A stretch of 63,970 bases of DNA, filler included, from Reticulomyxa filosa (lineage: Eukaryota > Protista > Foraminifera): the NCBI GenBank assembly GCA_000512085.1. It is 20 parts of 20 records of this genome, joined end to end, with 100 filler letters (N's around TTAATTAATTAA, not from the genome) between each part and the next. Parts side by side here need not be neighbours in the genome. Positions count along the whole stretch, not along the records: positions 8,014 to 12,041 come from ASPP01027576.1; positions 12,142 to 17,562 come from ASPP01027151.1; positions 17,663 to 19,211 come from ASPP01005838.1; positions 19,312 to 20,531 come from ASPP01048455.1; positions 20,632 to 25,289 come from ASPP01024459.1; 15 more parts are not named here. One strand, given 5' to 3'. The position numbers and the translations under genes are program-made. How positions within the stretch are numbered: position 1 is the stretch's first letter; each line of letters starts with the position of its first letter. Shown in pieces: positions 10,700-24,300 of the stretch. The notes beneath the pieces were generated by a model that saw only the letters and a program-made list of their open reading frames with translations, was not told the origin of the DNA and did no database searches.

Positions 10700-13677
10700 C
10701 TTAAAAACAATTACAAAATTTGTCGGCGTTTATCAAGTTGATTTCCTTCCACTATTGGAGATTCTATGGGAGAGTCCTTTTTTTTTTTTGAATGATATCT
10801 TTTTGATAGGAGATCAGAGCTAAAAAAAAAAGACGTTTGTTTTCGACAAGTTATTGTATACGTTGTTTCCCCCTAAGCGAATACTTTTTTCATCCTTTAC
10901 GTAAAAAAAAGTTTTATTGTTAATCCCATCCCTGTAATATTTAGAAAATATTTTTATTGCAATGAACACGTCGCTTTTTTTTTTAGGTGCTACTGAAGAT
11001 TTCATGCCAAATATCATCGCGTTGATTGTGTATATAATTTACCTGTGGTTTTTCATCTATTTTCTTGTTTTCGGTATCATACATTTTTCCTATTGATGAT
11101 AATTTCGAAAAAGAGAAACTTTTCAACTTCATCCCAAATTCGATCATTACTAACTTTGTTATGCTTTGTTTTTCATAATCCTTTTTTATAAGATAACGAG
11201 AGTGTTCTGAATATTAGATTTGAAATGTTTTGATATGAGTTTGGTCACAATAAAGCGATAAAAAATACATAAAATATGACTCTGCTAAACAGATTGAATG
11301 AAACAACAAAAAAATTGATGTCCTCTCTTGACTTAAAGACAGATGCACAACGTCAACCTGAATGTTGCCAATGTCAGAAGAGACTACAATAGGCAAGCGT
11401 ATTTGTTTTGGCAGTAATGATTGCATCTTTTTTTGAATGGTATTGTTGTTTGCGTGTATTGGATTTACACTGATTATTTTCTTTCTTTTTCGGCAGCTGT
11501 TGCACTTTGCAAAGGAAAGCATTGGTGAAGGAACTCTCAATAGCGAGTTCCATGTTGTAAAAGTTTGCTTTGGTTAGGTTGTTTGAAGAGGAGAGCCAAA
11601 ACCACATTCGCAATGTCCAAGAGAACTTTTTCTGAAAGTGAAAACTTTTTCTCTTCAGCAGAAACATCATTACTCAAGGAAAAATAATTAATCATTCCAA
11701 AAAAACATTTTGATTTTCAATTTTTTGTAATTAATCCATTTTTTTGAATCACAATTGTAGAAATACTATACAAAAATTTTAACAATTCTTTTTTTTTTCA
11801 AATTTTTTGTCAAAAATGTCAAAATATTCCAAAAAAATTGCAAATTTGCATCTTTTTTTATAAACATTTATGAGTTGTGCATTTACGCCTTAATGGAACA
11901 AAAAGGTCTTTTTTTTTTTTTTTGTTGTCACTGTCGTACCAACTCGTAATTGGGTGATTATACCCTCTTCCTCTAGTACGTCTTTTTTGTCTTTTAAATA
12001 ATTTTTCAACTTAAAGAAAAAGTGGTTTTGTTCTTTTCAACNNNNNNNNNNNNNNNNNNNNNNNNNNNNNNNNNNNNNNNNNNNNTTAATTAATTAANNN
12101 NNNNNNNNNNNNNNNNNNNNNNNNNNNNNNNNNNNNNNNNNAAATATTATTATCATTCATCATTTCAAAAATATAAATATGTTCAAATGATTCATCGATG
12201 GTAATATAGTTATAATGACATTGTCAACATTTTGAATTACTTGTTTTCAATATTTACTGGACAACATATATTTTTATTCGAAAAAAGATTATCATTCAGC
12301 TACTTACATGACATTATTTAAACTTGATATATTGTTTGACTTTGTTGATACTCACACAAAAAAAAGAGAGATGTAAAATAAAATTGTCAATGTATAAAAA
12401 AAAGTACAATTCATTCTGACGTGTAAAAGCAACAATTTATAAAATTTCAAAAAAGAAGTGTAATGCAAGTAAAATGAAAATGATATATATGTAACATTTT
12501 TCATTATATGATCAATTATGACTAATATGAAACAAAAATAATTATATGAATAAAATACCATTGACTTTGGCAGTAATTAGATATATTTTCACGAAGCAAT
12601 TTTAATTCTGAAATTTAATTATATGCCGAATCATATAACATCCATCACACTTTTTATAAAAAAATGAAAATATAATTTATCGAATTTATATTTTAATCAA
12701 TTTTAGTTAATTTGTAACGATATATTTGCAAATTTCGTTTTTTTTCACATCATTGAAAAATATTGCAAAGTAGCGGTAAAATTACTTGCATTCACTTTTT
12801 TTAAGAATACAATAAACAATTCAAAAAAAGAAATTTTAAGTTTCGATGACAATCATTGAAAAAAATCGTTTGTGAACTCGTGCATTTAATTAAGTTATGA
12901 GCAAAACGTTTCAGAGATTAATCGCAACAGAAGTTTCTACACAATGCTTTGTTGGAAGACTCTCCATACGCGGTTATCTTTAGTAAAACTAATTCTTATG
13001 CAAAATATATTGTGTCTTTCTTTTAAGGTCATATGACTGAGTTTTTATTGTCAAAAATTGGCATTAGTCTGAACAAACAAAGTATTGAAGCACAAATATA
13101 CATAAATCCATTTCTTGAAGACAGCAAGAAAAGGATTAAACAGACGTGAGTTTTCGTTTTTTTGTGCTTACAATCCTTTTCAATTCCACATGCTATGTCA
13201 CACTTTTTTTCATTACTTCCAATTTTTTTTGTTTACGGGCTAATAACCAAAGCTTGGAATCGATTTCACAGTTTTTTTGCACGAACTTTTTTTCCTTTCA
13301 AAAAACCTTGGAAAGCGTTTAACCATAATCAGGAAGAAAATATCAATGTTGAAAATTTAAGACTGGATTGATCCATTATTTGTGCAATTTCAATCTTTGA
13401 CGAATAATGTGTAAGGTTGTTTTGGCCGCACAATTAGAAATCTTGCTGAAGCACTTATTTCTTATATGCCATCTTTAAGTCTTTTTAAACTATGTTGGAA
13501 GTTGTGAAATTGGATTCTGGTTGTCAACGTTAATGTTTTCATTAAATTCTTGAAAAAAAAAGCAAATATTGTTAATAATTTGATTATTCTTTTGAGTTGA
13601 TTTTTGTTTTTTTGTGTTGTATTGTTTATGTTCTTGTTTTTGACGGTTTAGGGTAACTAAATTTTTTTTGTTCGAAC

Positions 13678-14469
13678 ATGTCCACAAAAGCAAGTAGCTT
13701 AAAATTGACTTTTCAGGGTATCTTGGAAAAGAAATCCAAAGAAGAAGATGTTTGTTTACAAATCATGAATGTATTTTTTTTGTATGTAGTATAAACTGGA
13801 CAACACAATTTTGATTTTTTGAATAGCAATGGGAAGAGCGTTATTGCATAATAAAATCAGGAGTTTTTTGTTATTTTCGGACTCAAGAAAAATTAAACAT
13901 ATTTTTGGAAATGACTTGCAAGCAGAAGCATCTGAATGAACTTCGAGTTAATTCATTCTTTGTATTCCACTTGGACTCCATTTTTCTTTTTTTTAATGAT
14001 CTTACAATATACATATATGTATATATAGGAACAACTGAAAGAGGCATTAAAAACTCATCAACCTCGAGGCTTTATCAAACTATTGAATGGTAAAGGGGAC
14101 GTCGTGTCATATGTGCAAACGCAAAATGAATTACTTGTATTCCATATCACACACGTAAAGTCTCAACGGACTTTTATGTTGAGATGTCACAACTTAGAAG
14201 CGTTTGATCAATGGATTGACATCTTTAAGCAAATGAATATTCCAATTTCCACCTATCCATCAAATAATGTGTTAGAGCCACAATGTAAAGTCAGTACAAC
14301 CCCTACAATTGAATCCAATAACAATGATAATGTGGATGCATCTCATATCAATGTAAAAATCATCAATGAAACAAGGCTAGAAACACTCACCAAAAAAATT
14401 GAGGAAATTCGAAAAGAAGACGATGAATGGCTTAAAAATTCTAGCAAACTTTTTACACTAGAAGAGTAA
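13678..14469 (+). CDS. PH-domain protein, about 210 aa, 3 exons
   Basis: Exons 13678-13749, 13827-13946, 14029-14469 splice in frame: QGILEKKS..QWEERYCII..FCYF..PRGFIKL..RTFMLRC..FDQWIDIF (PH signature). Confidence 0.8.
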
Positions 14470-15667
14470 ATTCGTTAAAAAATTATTTGTCAATTTATTT
14501 AAATGTAACCGTAAAAAAAATTTTGTTCAGTATAACCAAAAAAAGTCCGGTGCAAACTTTCACTTTTCATTTTCCATGAGGGTGATCAAAATCGTATTGT
14601 ATCTTTGGACTAAACAATATTATTACAATTTTTAAAAATCTTTCAAATGATATTTGATCCAAATTAATAAAGAAAAAAATTTAGCGGGATGTTTACTACT
14701 CTAAGCTTTGTCCAACGTTTTCACAAATCTTTGAAACATTCGATGATATTGTAAGATTCATTTACTTTCCAATTCACGAGACTTTTGTGATCAATTTTCC
14801 TAGCGAGAATTGCTTTCAGATGCTCTGGTGGTGTTGGCATAGTTATTGCCAGAAAAGAATTACAAAGTTACATTATGTGATCATATCATGCACAAACATT
14901 ATATTCAACAAAATCACATTACCAATTTTTTTAAAAAAAGTTTTTATTTTTAAAGTTTGTATATGCTACTATTATTATTGGATGAATTAAAAATACTCAA
15001 AATTAAAATGATTATATAAGCTAGCACAATCTTACAACATGATTATTTTAAATATAAATCATTCAATTTATTATTTGAATGAATTTGAAATTTTTTTAAT
15101 AACTTTTTTTAACGTTTTTTCATTATATAATATTTTGTACTTAATTCACACTTCTTTTTTTATTTTGTAACTTTTAAAAGATAACTGTTTTGGACCAAGA
15201 ATGAAAAGTCAACATTATATCCATCAGAAGATATTTTTTCCTTCAGTTTGAAAAAAAGTTGAAACTTTTACAACATTGGATCTATTATTCTAGTAATTTG
15301 ATATGCTTGCAAGTGATTGGAAGGTAATGAAAATATTTAGATTTTGAAGAGTTACAAAGCGTTGTCATTGCATTTCATGCACAGTGTCAGAAGCAATCAG
15401 TGTTGTTGATTAATCTTCAATACATATGTTTGGCAATCGCCCATAGTATTGCAGTCAATTTGATTGTGTTTATTTGCTTGTTTGTTTTTTTTTTTGTTTT
15501 TGCATTCTATGTTTTCCCACCTTCTTCACATCGTTAACACTTTTTTATTTTTTTGCAAAGCAATCTTTTTTTAACAAAAAGAACGAAACAGGAGCGAAGA
15601 AGATGATAATAACGGGTAATAATAACAATAAAAAAAAAAAAAGAAGAAATTTGCAATAGCAAACAGT

Positions 15668-17026
15668 TCATCTTCTTTTCCATTGTTTGGCCTTGCGAGC
15701 ACCCAATTTGTTGGGTTTTTTTTCTTTCACTCCTACGAGAATCCCACGTCAGGAACTCATCTAAATCGAACACATTCACAGACATATGCATATATAAATA
15801 TGTATATGTTGATATGTATATGCATACATATATATATATATGGTACATATACATAAATAAGAAGACGAAACAGTTATCTAAAATGGGTACGAATTCGGGT
15901 TGATAAGAGGCCAATGCGGTGGAAATGGCCAATCGAACAGCGCCGGCTTGCCCCGAATGTCCACCCTTTGTGGTTTCAACAAAGGCATCGAGACAGTGAA
16001 TAGTGTCAGTGACGACAAAGGGCAGTGTGACATTGAAGCGATCGGCATAGTGTTTGAAGTGGGCGCTGAAATGGCGTCCGTTGACCCAAATGTCCCCATT
16101 GCCGGGATAAATGTACGCTGTGGCCTGTGCGTATTTGCGATTGCCTTTGCCGACGGCCCGATTTAATGGGTCCAATTTCACAGTCGTGAATTTATCCAAA
16201 TGTTTTAATCCAAGATGGTCATTTTTATGTAATAAAGGAGCATCATTTCCTCCTTTTTTCTCTCCTCCTATTTCTCGTTGTTCTTGCTTTTTCATACCAA
16301 TTGCTATGTTAGTGGTCCCACTCTTTCCCCACATCGACTGGACGGAATTTTCCGGCAATTTCTTGCCCGATTGCCCCCCTGTTTGATCCAGATACTTTTG
16401 GTACGAAATCACTTGTCCGCTCTGCAGACGTGCCTCGTAGTCATCCTCAAACTTGGTTGGACTTATCCGCTTGTACCACTGCTCCACGTATTCCAACGCC
16501 TCCCGAATCTCTTCGCCCTCTTTCTCCACCGATTTTGCGGCGAAATCCTTATCGCTTTTGCTCACCTTCGAACCAAATGCTTCTATCTTTCTTTTCATTT
16601 CTTCCAAGCTCGGCGTTATTGCCGTCGTTTCTGCTTCGTCATCTTTTATTGCCTATATATATATATATATATATGTTTATATAGTCTTTTTGATATTGTT
16701 AAAATGCAAACCTTTTCGTCTTTAAAAACGAATGAATGCAACTCGGCGTCCGTAAATTGGATAAAGTTTTTCATCCAGTGCGCTTGCTGGTTTGGATACG
16801 TGTTCATCAGGTGCTCTTCTGATACGTCTTCCAAAAAATCTTGGTTGGTCCAGTCCAAATTCTCGTAGTTTTCGCTTCGCTGATTGTATACCATCCCCGC
16901 TTTTTGTCGGTCCCATTTCAGCTTCTTTGTCACCCCCGCCGGGATTGCATAGCTTGGATGTGGCAAGTGATACCGCTTCGATACTGTGAAAACGGAAGAA
17001 ATGCTACTTAGTCGTACACGATTCAT
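15668..17026 (-). CDS. MRPS9: Mitochondrial ribosomal protein uS9m with long N-terminal extension
   Basis: GKGNRKYAQA..PGNGDIWVNGR, GGHSGQAGAVRLAIS, DSRRSERKK; R/S-rich presequence MNRVRLSSISS; introns 16711-16653 and 15871-15761; removing one A at 15716-15723 restores PNKLGARKAKQWKRR*. Confidence 0.88.
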
Positions 17027-17326
17027 TGTCAAGTATTCCTCTTGATTTAAACTATTATCATTATTGAGCCCTGTCGAAAGGGACTGAAAATTAAACAAAC
17101 AATTTCCGCACAAAAATTGCTTGAATTTGATAAGAAATTAACCATTACGCTTTCAGCAATGCGTACTTATAAACCAACAACAAAAAAAAAAACAACAAGG
17201 TATTTGTTACTGAAAGACGCCCATAGGACGAAGCTCTCTTTAAAACATTTGGAAAAGCGTTATATCAAAAGAAGGCAAGGGACTTTTCTTTATATAGCAT
17301 CAATTTTCAATAAGTGATAATCACCA

Positions 17327-17562
17327 ATGTTGTGGTTGTTTGTAGCACTTCAAGGTTGTTTGACATTGGTATCTGGTTTGATACCAAATATTTGGCCCTT
17401 GCCCTCGGACTATTCATTGACAAGCCAAGTCCGACAGCTGTCAAGTACTTTTTACTTCAACTACAGCGAAGCCAATTCATCGGTGGTGGCACAAGCAGTG
17501 CGAAGATATCAGTCGATAATCTTTGCACATAACACCAACGAGAATGATGAAGAGGCAGAGGC
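17327..17562 (+). CDS. Beta-hexosaminidase (GH20) N-terminus, partial
   Basis: Signal peptide followed by IWPLP and AVRRYQSIIF, typical of the GH20 N-terminal domain; cut by contig end. Confidence 0.7.
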
Positions 17563-17662
17563 NNNNNNNNNNNNNNNNNNNNNNNNNNNNNNNNNNNNNN
17601 NNNNNNTTAATTAATTAANNNNNNNNNNNNNNNNNNNNNNNNNNNNNNNNNNNNNNNNNNNN

Positions 17663-17705
<43 letters not shown>

Positions 17706-18069
17706 TGAGTTTGTCCAATACAATTGAGCGATGCATCGGCAGAGGCAATTGCAAATTGAGGATTAGAGATGTGTTGCTTGGGTGTTTCACGACAGTTTGT
17801 ACCAGATGCGACACCAACTGCTTGAACTCCAGTTCGCTGTGCATACATCCTTGAGACAGAACAATTTTACTTAGGTATTGCACGGAACGGTTCGTTGGTT
17901 GCCAGAAAGGGACTTGCTTTGTCACCCACTGAATCTTTCCGTCATTCTTATTATTGTTGCTTGTGTTAGATGCGGCTGTTGTTTCTTGGAGATTTGATTG
18001 AGACTGAAGTTGAGGTTGAGATCGAGATTGAGATTGATGTTGAGGTTCCGTGGCTGTTGATTGGGCCAT
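17663..18069 (-). CDS. Hypothetical protein, first exon, partial
   Basis: ATG-initiated ORF with Q/S-rich N-terminus followed by a globular-looking stretch. Confidence 0.5.
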
Positions 18070-18428
18070 ATTCAGTTTTTTTATTCAAGGGGACCATCCA
18101 AACAATTGAAAAACCTATCATTTTTATCTGTACGCTTTCGGTGTTTATCTGTCTCCAATCTTGTGTTGTTAGATTTATGTCGGGTTTGAATAGAGATTAT
18201 CAGAGTTTACCTTTTTGAATGGATAACTTTGTTTTGCTCGCAAACAGATATACATTCTTCAAACGTGCCCAATACTTTTCAAGCAAGTTCGCTGCATTTT
18301 TCATCAAAGTGGAGCTGGGAAATCATTTACTTTTGAAATTTTTTTGTTTTAAGTACTCAAAAAAGTGACAGGAGCGAGCGTTTTGTTATATCGTGGTTGG
18401 AAAAAAGAAAAAAATCGATAATAAAATA

Positions 18429-19211
18429 ATGGGCTGCTGTTCTCCAGCACCACTGTATGTCCCAACAGTAACACCACAACAGGTAGCTAATTTTTGTTTC
18501 ATGCCTGAAGATAAAAAAAAAAAAGTGTGTACAAGCAGTAGAAAAAGTACTCGATGGAGGAATTAAATATATTGTTCGGGACGGTCTTTTGTTAAAAAAA
18601 AAAAAAAAAAAAAAGTTGGACTCATTGCCTTTGGAATCATGGGAGTCAGAGCATGTGTGTGCATGGTTAACGTATTCCAACGACGGAAAACTGAAGACAT
18701 TGGCGCCATTGTTTCACAAGAACTGTATTCCAGGGATGGTATTGAGTGAGGTGGACGCAGAAATGTTAGAAAAGAAATTGGGAGTGAAAGAGTTGGGAAC
18801 GAGATTGTGTTTTGAGAAATTTCGTGACGAATTGATAGCAGAAAAGACGCAGCATGTAAACAAGAAAAAAGAACAAGAAGAAGCAGAGCGACAACAGCAG
18901 CAGCAACAACAACAACAAGCAATGGAAGAAGCAGGGAAAAAAGGAGAAAAAGAAAAGGCGCACATGCAAATTCAATTGGGTGCGAACAACGAGCAAACCA
19001 AGTCGACAGACGGAGAGGTTGAGCTTGAGATCGAATTGGAAGCAGGTGGAGGGACAGGCACAGGAACAGAGACGGAGACAGAGACAGAGCGTGATAAAGA
19101 AAAGGAAAAGGAACAAGCAAAGCTCAAAGCAAAGAAAAAGGCACAACAAGAGCAAGGAATTGGGGCTACGTATACGTACGGTGATAAACAACAGCAACAG
19201 CAACAACAACA
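18429..19211 (+). CDS. SAM-domain protein with N-terminal MGCC acylation motif, partial
   Basis: Exon 18429-18482 (MGCCSPAP..) splices in frame to 18616; WESEHVCAWL..F..NCIPG..L..LEKKLGVKELGTR is a SAM motif; poly-Q and charged tail. Confidence 0.75.
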
Positions 19212-19311
19212 NNNNNNNNNNNNNNNNNNNNNNNNNNNNNNNNNNNNNNNNNNNNTTAATTAATTAANNNNNNNNNNNNNNNNNNNNNNNNNNNNNNNNN
19301 NNNNNNNNNNN

Positions 19312-20509
19312 TACTGAGCCATTTGGCCATGACGACGAACTTTCGTCACAAGTTCTACCAGCAAAAGCAGCTAGTCTGACCATGTGTAAAAGTTTCCATC
19401 GCCATTTGTCCATTCTTCACCACATACTCGCACATTCTTGTGATCTGTTTTATCATACAATCCATCCAAATTTTTTTTTTTTTTTGCTTGTCTGTTTTTT
19501 TTTTATAAAAAAAAAATTGAAGGAAAAAAAAAAAAGAACTTAACATTGCAACCTTGGACAACACTTGCAAAATGGCTTTTGAAATTTGCATATCATCACT
19601 AAGAGTTTGTACTTGGACCTGGCGCGGATGTGCATTTGGATATTGATTGTATTTGGCATCGTTACGTTGGAATGGCACGATTGTTGCGACGATGTATAGC
19701 ATTAGTTGCTGGTTTCTGCGTTTGCGTCGACTTGGTACATGTAACATTTGACTGCAAAAAAATGTCGCTGGATCTATACTCGCTCGTGACCGTTTGCACA
19801 ATTTGAACTGATCATTCGACTGTATCGTGCTTGCCATTACATCTGCTTCACAATTCTCCAATTTGTTACTGTTTTTGTTTTTTTTTTTTAAATCTATTTT
19901 AATAAAATCAATAATATATACAATCACTCCTCCCTCACACTTACTATCTCTTGATATACGTAAACATCCTTTTTTTTCTGAATATTTTTTTCTATTAAAT
20001 CTTTCAATTCATGTTATGTACCTGTACATTAATAATTTGAATGATGATCCATAAGATACCAATGATATACTCAAATTTGATTTGAACATATTCGTGGCCG
20101 TCGCTTTGGTATATGAATTTTTCTTGAGCTGCATTGCGTTGATCATAGATGTGGTTTGGAGAAGACGTATACGTTCATTTTCTGAGTGCATTGACTCATT
20201 GTTTGAAATTTGCACCGCTGATATAATTGTTATGTTGTAGACCTTTGCGTATTGCACACATTTCCACTTTTTCAATTTCCACACATTGTTGAAATATTGA
20301 TTGATCAACATGTTCCATGATGTCATTAATATGATCATATCGTGATTTTTCAAATATATTTGTCCGTTTGTTACGTTTCCGCTTGAATTTCTTGTAGTCA
20401 CGTTTGATGCCACCACAGCCACATTTAATACATGCAGCACTATCAATACAATTCCATATATCCACGATGAGTTCATGTTATTGTTGGAGTCTAAGAGTTT
20501 TCCACTCAA
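19312..20509 (-). CDS. Multi-exon hypothetical membrane/secreted protein, partial; paralogue of 20632-21613
   Basis: Hydrophobic WIYGIVLIVLHVLNVAVVAS and WKLKKWKCVQ; nucleotide similarity to the next contig. Confidence 0.5.
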
Positions 20510-20631
20510 TTTGTTCTCATCCGTTTACCCCNNNNNNNNNNNNNNNNNNNNNNNNNNNNNNNNNNNNNNNNNNNNTTAATTAATTAANNNNNNNNNNNNN
20601 NNNNNNNNNNNNNNNNNNNNNNNNNNNNNNN

Positions 20632-21613
20632 AAAAAAAAAAAAACAACCTAACATTGAAGTATCGAACAATATTTGAAAATGTTGGTCCTGATTGATTTG
20701 TGGCTTGGCGATAGCAATTTGTTGATACATGACGAAGTTGCACATGTTGACGACAATAACTTGGATGGGGACGTTGGACTTTGATAAATTTGGCTTGAAA
20801 TTTATTTTGATTGGATCGAGATATGCTGTAAAGGCAGAATTGCTGAAATTGTATATATTATTTATAGCCAAATTCGGCGCTCGAGCAATCGTGGTACGTG
20901 AGCAATCTATCACCAGCCATGCATCAAATGTTATTTGCATTCCTGGCTGCTCAAACCATTTCCCCATTCGGCTGTGGTGTGCTTATCATTACTATTACAC
21001 CCACATCTACTTCAATACTCGCACATAAGCTATGTTTGTTTTTTTAAAAAATCTATTTTAAATCAAATCCACCATACATACAATACATCCTCCCCCCTTA
21101 CTTTCTCTTACTATACGTAAACCTACCTTTTTTTTTATAAACGTTTTTTTTTTTCATTAGACTTTTCTCTGTTGTTTACCTGTATTTTGGTTTGAATGAT
21201 GTCGATGATATGCTTGAAGTTGGGAAAATATCCATGTATATATTCTTCTTGGACTGCCTTGTGGTCATTGACGTACTTTTGATAATACGTATACTTGCGT
21301 TTTTCAATTGCACTGACGATATTTCTGTTATGTTGTTACAGCATTGTGGACATTGCACGCATTTCCATGTTTTTGATTTCCACATTTGGCTGGCAGATTG
21401 ATTGGCTAACTTATTCAATGATATTATTAATGTGCAAATGTGCTCTTGATTATTTGAATATATTGATCCATTTTCATTTGAGTTTTCTTTGGCCACATTG
21501 CTTGCACTTGATACCACCAGAACTGCAGTTAGGACATGCAGTATTATCAATATAATTTCATATATCAACGATGACTTCATTTTGCAGTCGAGGTAGTCAA
21601 GCTTTGCACTCAA
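20632..21613 (-). CDS. Multi-exon hypothetical membrane/secreted protein, partial; paralogue of 19312-20509
   Basis: LIYEIILIILHVLTAVLVVS and WKSKTWKCVQ; similar intron position and upstream sequence. Confidence 0.5.
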
Positions 21614-21889
21614 TCTTTTCTCATCCGTTTGCCCCCTTTCTTACATGGTACAACGAAATGGAAGGACATCAAATGATCAATAAAGCCACTTTAAGAGAAA
21701 AGCAAAAAAGTTTGTGGCAAACGAATACATTTATAAGATGTTAAGTGAATGTTATACGATGTACAGAAATGCCAAGTTTATTGATGAAGGACATACGTAC
21801 AAAAAATCTTAGCTAGAATAGAAATAAGTGCAAATAAGCATCCATCAAATAAAAAGATTAGTGACAATCAATGCATACACACAAGCAAC

Positions 21890-22400
21890 AAAAGCGCTCA
21901 AGTGTTACAATGCTTTCCGAATCATTTATGGTAACAAACCCTTCCCACGATACTCGGGCGCGCAATATACAGCAAAGATCCACCCAACATTGTGATCAGT
22001 TTCATTACAAAATTCCATTTGTGGTGACTTCACAACCAAACACTCGACATGACCAAAGTAAATACCATTGGTTGGAGTGTGTGCGCTCGAGACCATCTGA
22101 GAGGACTCACGTACACTAAATATCGCATCAAAGCGATCACAAAACTGAACATCACTTTTCCTAAAATAAAACTTATTATCTTTATTATCAAGTGAAAATA
22201 CTTTTTGATAATCGTTCGGTGATACAGTTTGCATTCTCTCCAATTCTATACCCCTTCCATATAGTTCCCATATTCCCATGTTTTTTAGGATTGTTCCGTC
22301 TGTTTCTGTGCTCAATCAATTAAAAAAAGCACACAGCCTTTGTCCGGAACAAGTGATATTTCGTATTCTGTGTTGGGTCTTCTTTTCTTTAGTCGTTATT
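21890..22400 (-). pseudogene. GNAT acetyltransferase-like, interrupted
   Basis: GWIFAVYCAPEYRGKGL (acetyl-CoA motif A) followed in frame by LP*MIRKAL*HL. Confidence 0.6.
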
Positions 22401-23319
22401 TCTGTTGTTTTCAATTCCTTTTTCTTTGTGTTAAGTTATGCACAAACATCAGCTGAGTAACGAGCATGAAGAATAACGCTACTAAAATTGTGGCCATCCC
22501 AATTCAGACATTATTCTCAACCAAAAAAGGAGACTTTCAAAATCGTACAGAAGCAACATTTGTAAATACTAATTTTAATCCCAGAGTTTCAAAGATATAA
22601 ATGTTAATAAAGAAATTGAAAATTTTTCTGATTAAAAATAAAAAAAGACATAACATGAGTATATTACAATTTTTTTTATCAAGCCTCTGTGCTTACATGA
22701 CTTTATCATTATATTTAGGATTTCGTCACTCGGGATTTATTTATTATTATTGTTATTGTCTTGCTGAAACCACCTTTCGAAATACTTTTTTGCCAAACCA
22801 CGATTGTCATTATTGGCGAATATCCAATGCTATATTGCAAAACACAATGTCCATTTCCACCTTTTGGTTTTCCACTTTGTCTATGATGTTCAGCTCATTT
22901 CCTGCTATTTGCAGCTTCTTTCTTTGCAGTCGTAGCGCTTCCTTCTATACTCCTTAAGGGTAATGTAATCAATTGCAAAAAATTGGCTGCATTTTATCGT
23001 CGTGATGAATCAACTATCAAACTTATTTCAATTATTTCTTAATTCAACTGAACGAGCCCATTTTTGTCAATTTTGTCAGACAAAGTTTCCCAAACTTATC
23101 ACAAATATCAAACAAATTGATAAAAAATGGATCAAATTTTATTTTGATATGAACGTGTTTTATTGTGAAGTGATTCCTTATTGTCTCCTCTTTTAAATTT
23201 TTTTTTGAATTAACCTGGACAAATCCTTTGAAATGAAATTTTTGTAAACTTTGGGACGATGTGAATTTTTCAATTTTTTTTTGTTAAAAAGAAACATCGA
23301 CAGCACCACAGCGACACAT

Positions 23320-24300
23320 AAATCATTCCCAAATTTCAATTGTATTGCCAGAAGAAACTAAGAATGTATTATCATTAGGAGAAATAGCTAGTGTTGTTAT
23401 ATCAATGTGTCTATCTAATACCTTTGTTTTATATCGCACAATATAAGTGAATCATCAAACCCAATCAAAATTGTTTGACAATTTGAAAATATTGCCAACA
23501 TATTACATATCTTCCATATATTCCTGCAACACATTTTTTGATTCCAAGTCCCATATTGTAATCATATAATAGAATAAAAAGGCTACAAAAAATCTACCAT
23601 CTGGAGATAATTTTTTTTTTGACATGATCTATGTCTTTTCTTTTACTTTTTGACCCAATTTTATATTCCATAAACTAATTGTTGTGGTAGTTAATAATAC
23701 AGCTATTTGTCTATTTGGTGAATATTTCTCATCAAATACATTACCATTATTTTTTCTTCTAGTCTTTGAATTTATTTTCCAGAATCCACATCCCAGAATC
23801 TAATATAAATATGAAAAATTGCAACAATATATTTACCATCTGGAGAAAATTGTATTTCTTCACCAGATTCTACAATCCCCTCAAATAGCATTACTTTCTT
23901 TCCTGACTCTATATTCCACGATTGCACTCCATTGTTTGTGTTCGATATAAAAGTACTTCCATCTGGTGAAAATACTATAAAATTTTGCATTTCATTACGT
24001 TTGTTGAAAGTTTGAATTCTCTTACTTAATACCAATGTCCCATATTTCAAATCTCCCATCCTCTGCCGAAAAAGCTAGTTTGTCAATATTGTAAGATCCT
24101 CCTTTTAATACTCTCGACAATTTAAAATCTTTGGCCGATGCTAGTATGTTAACATATCAATATGTGATTATATGAAGTGTGTTGACACTAAACATAATTT
24201 AACATAGTTTGCAATTATTTTGTTTAATTCATAAATCCATCCTCTTTTAATCGTCGAAGCCGAATCCAATGTCCTCTATTAAATCTGCTTCTTAATTTGC
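23320..24300 (-). pseudogene. WD40-repeat pseudogene (FSPDG subfamily)
   Basis: FSPDG repeats, IRFWD, terminal IEIWE*, HWIRL..GWIYELNKIIANY motif; many stops and frameshifts. Confidence 0.75.

Noticed and set aside
18563-19209. Antisense Leu/Cys/Phe-rich ORFs here and opposite uS9m, RNF213 and other genes
   Set aside because: Shadows of real genes or of low-complexity DNA
21890-21930. TAA reassigned to Gln
   Set aside because: Intact host genes (WD40, caspase, PH) terminate at TAA
22740-22960. TPR-like remnant on the minus strand (EALRLQRK, LAKKYFER)
   Set aside because: Fragmentary with stops; family cannot be supported
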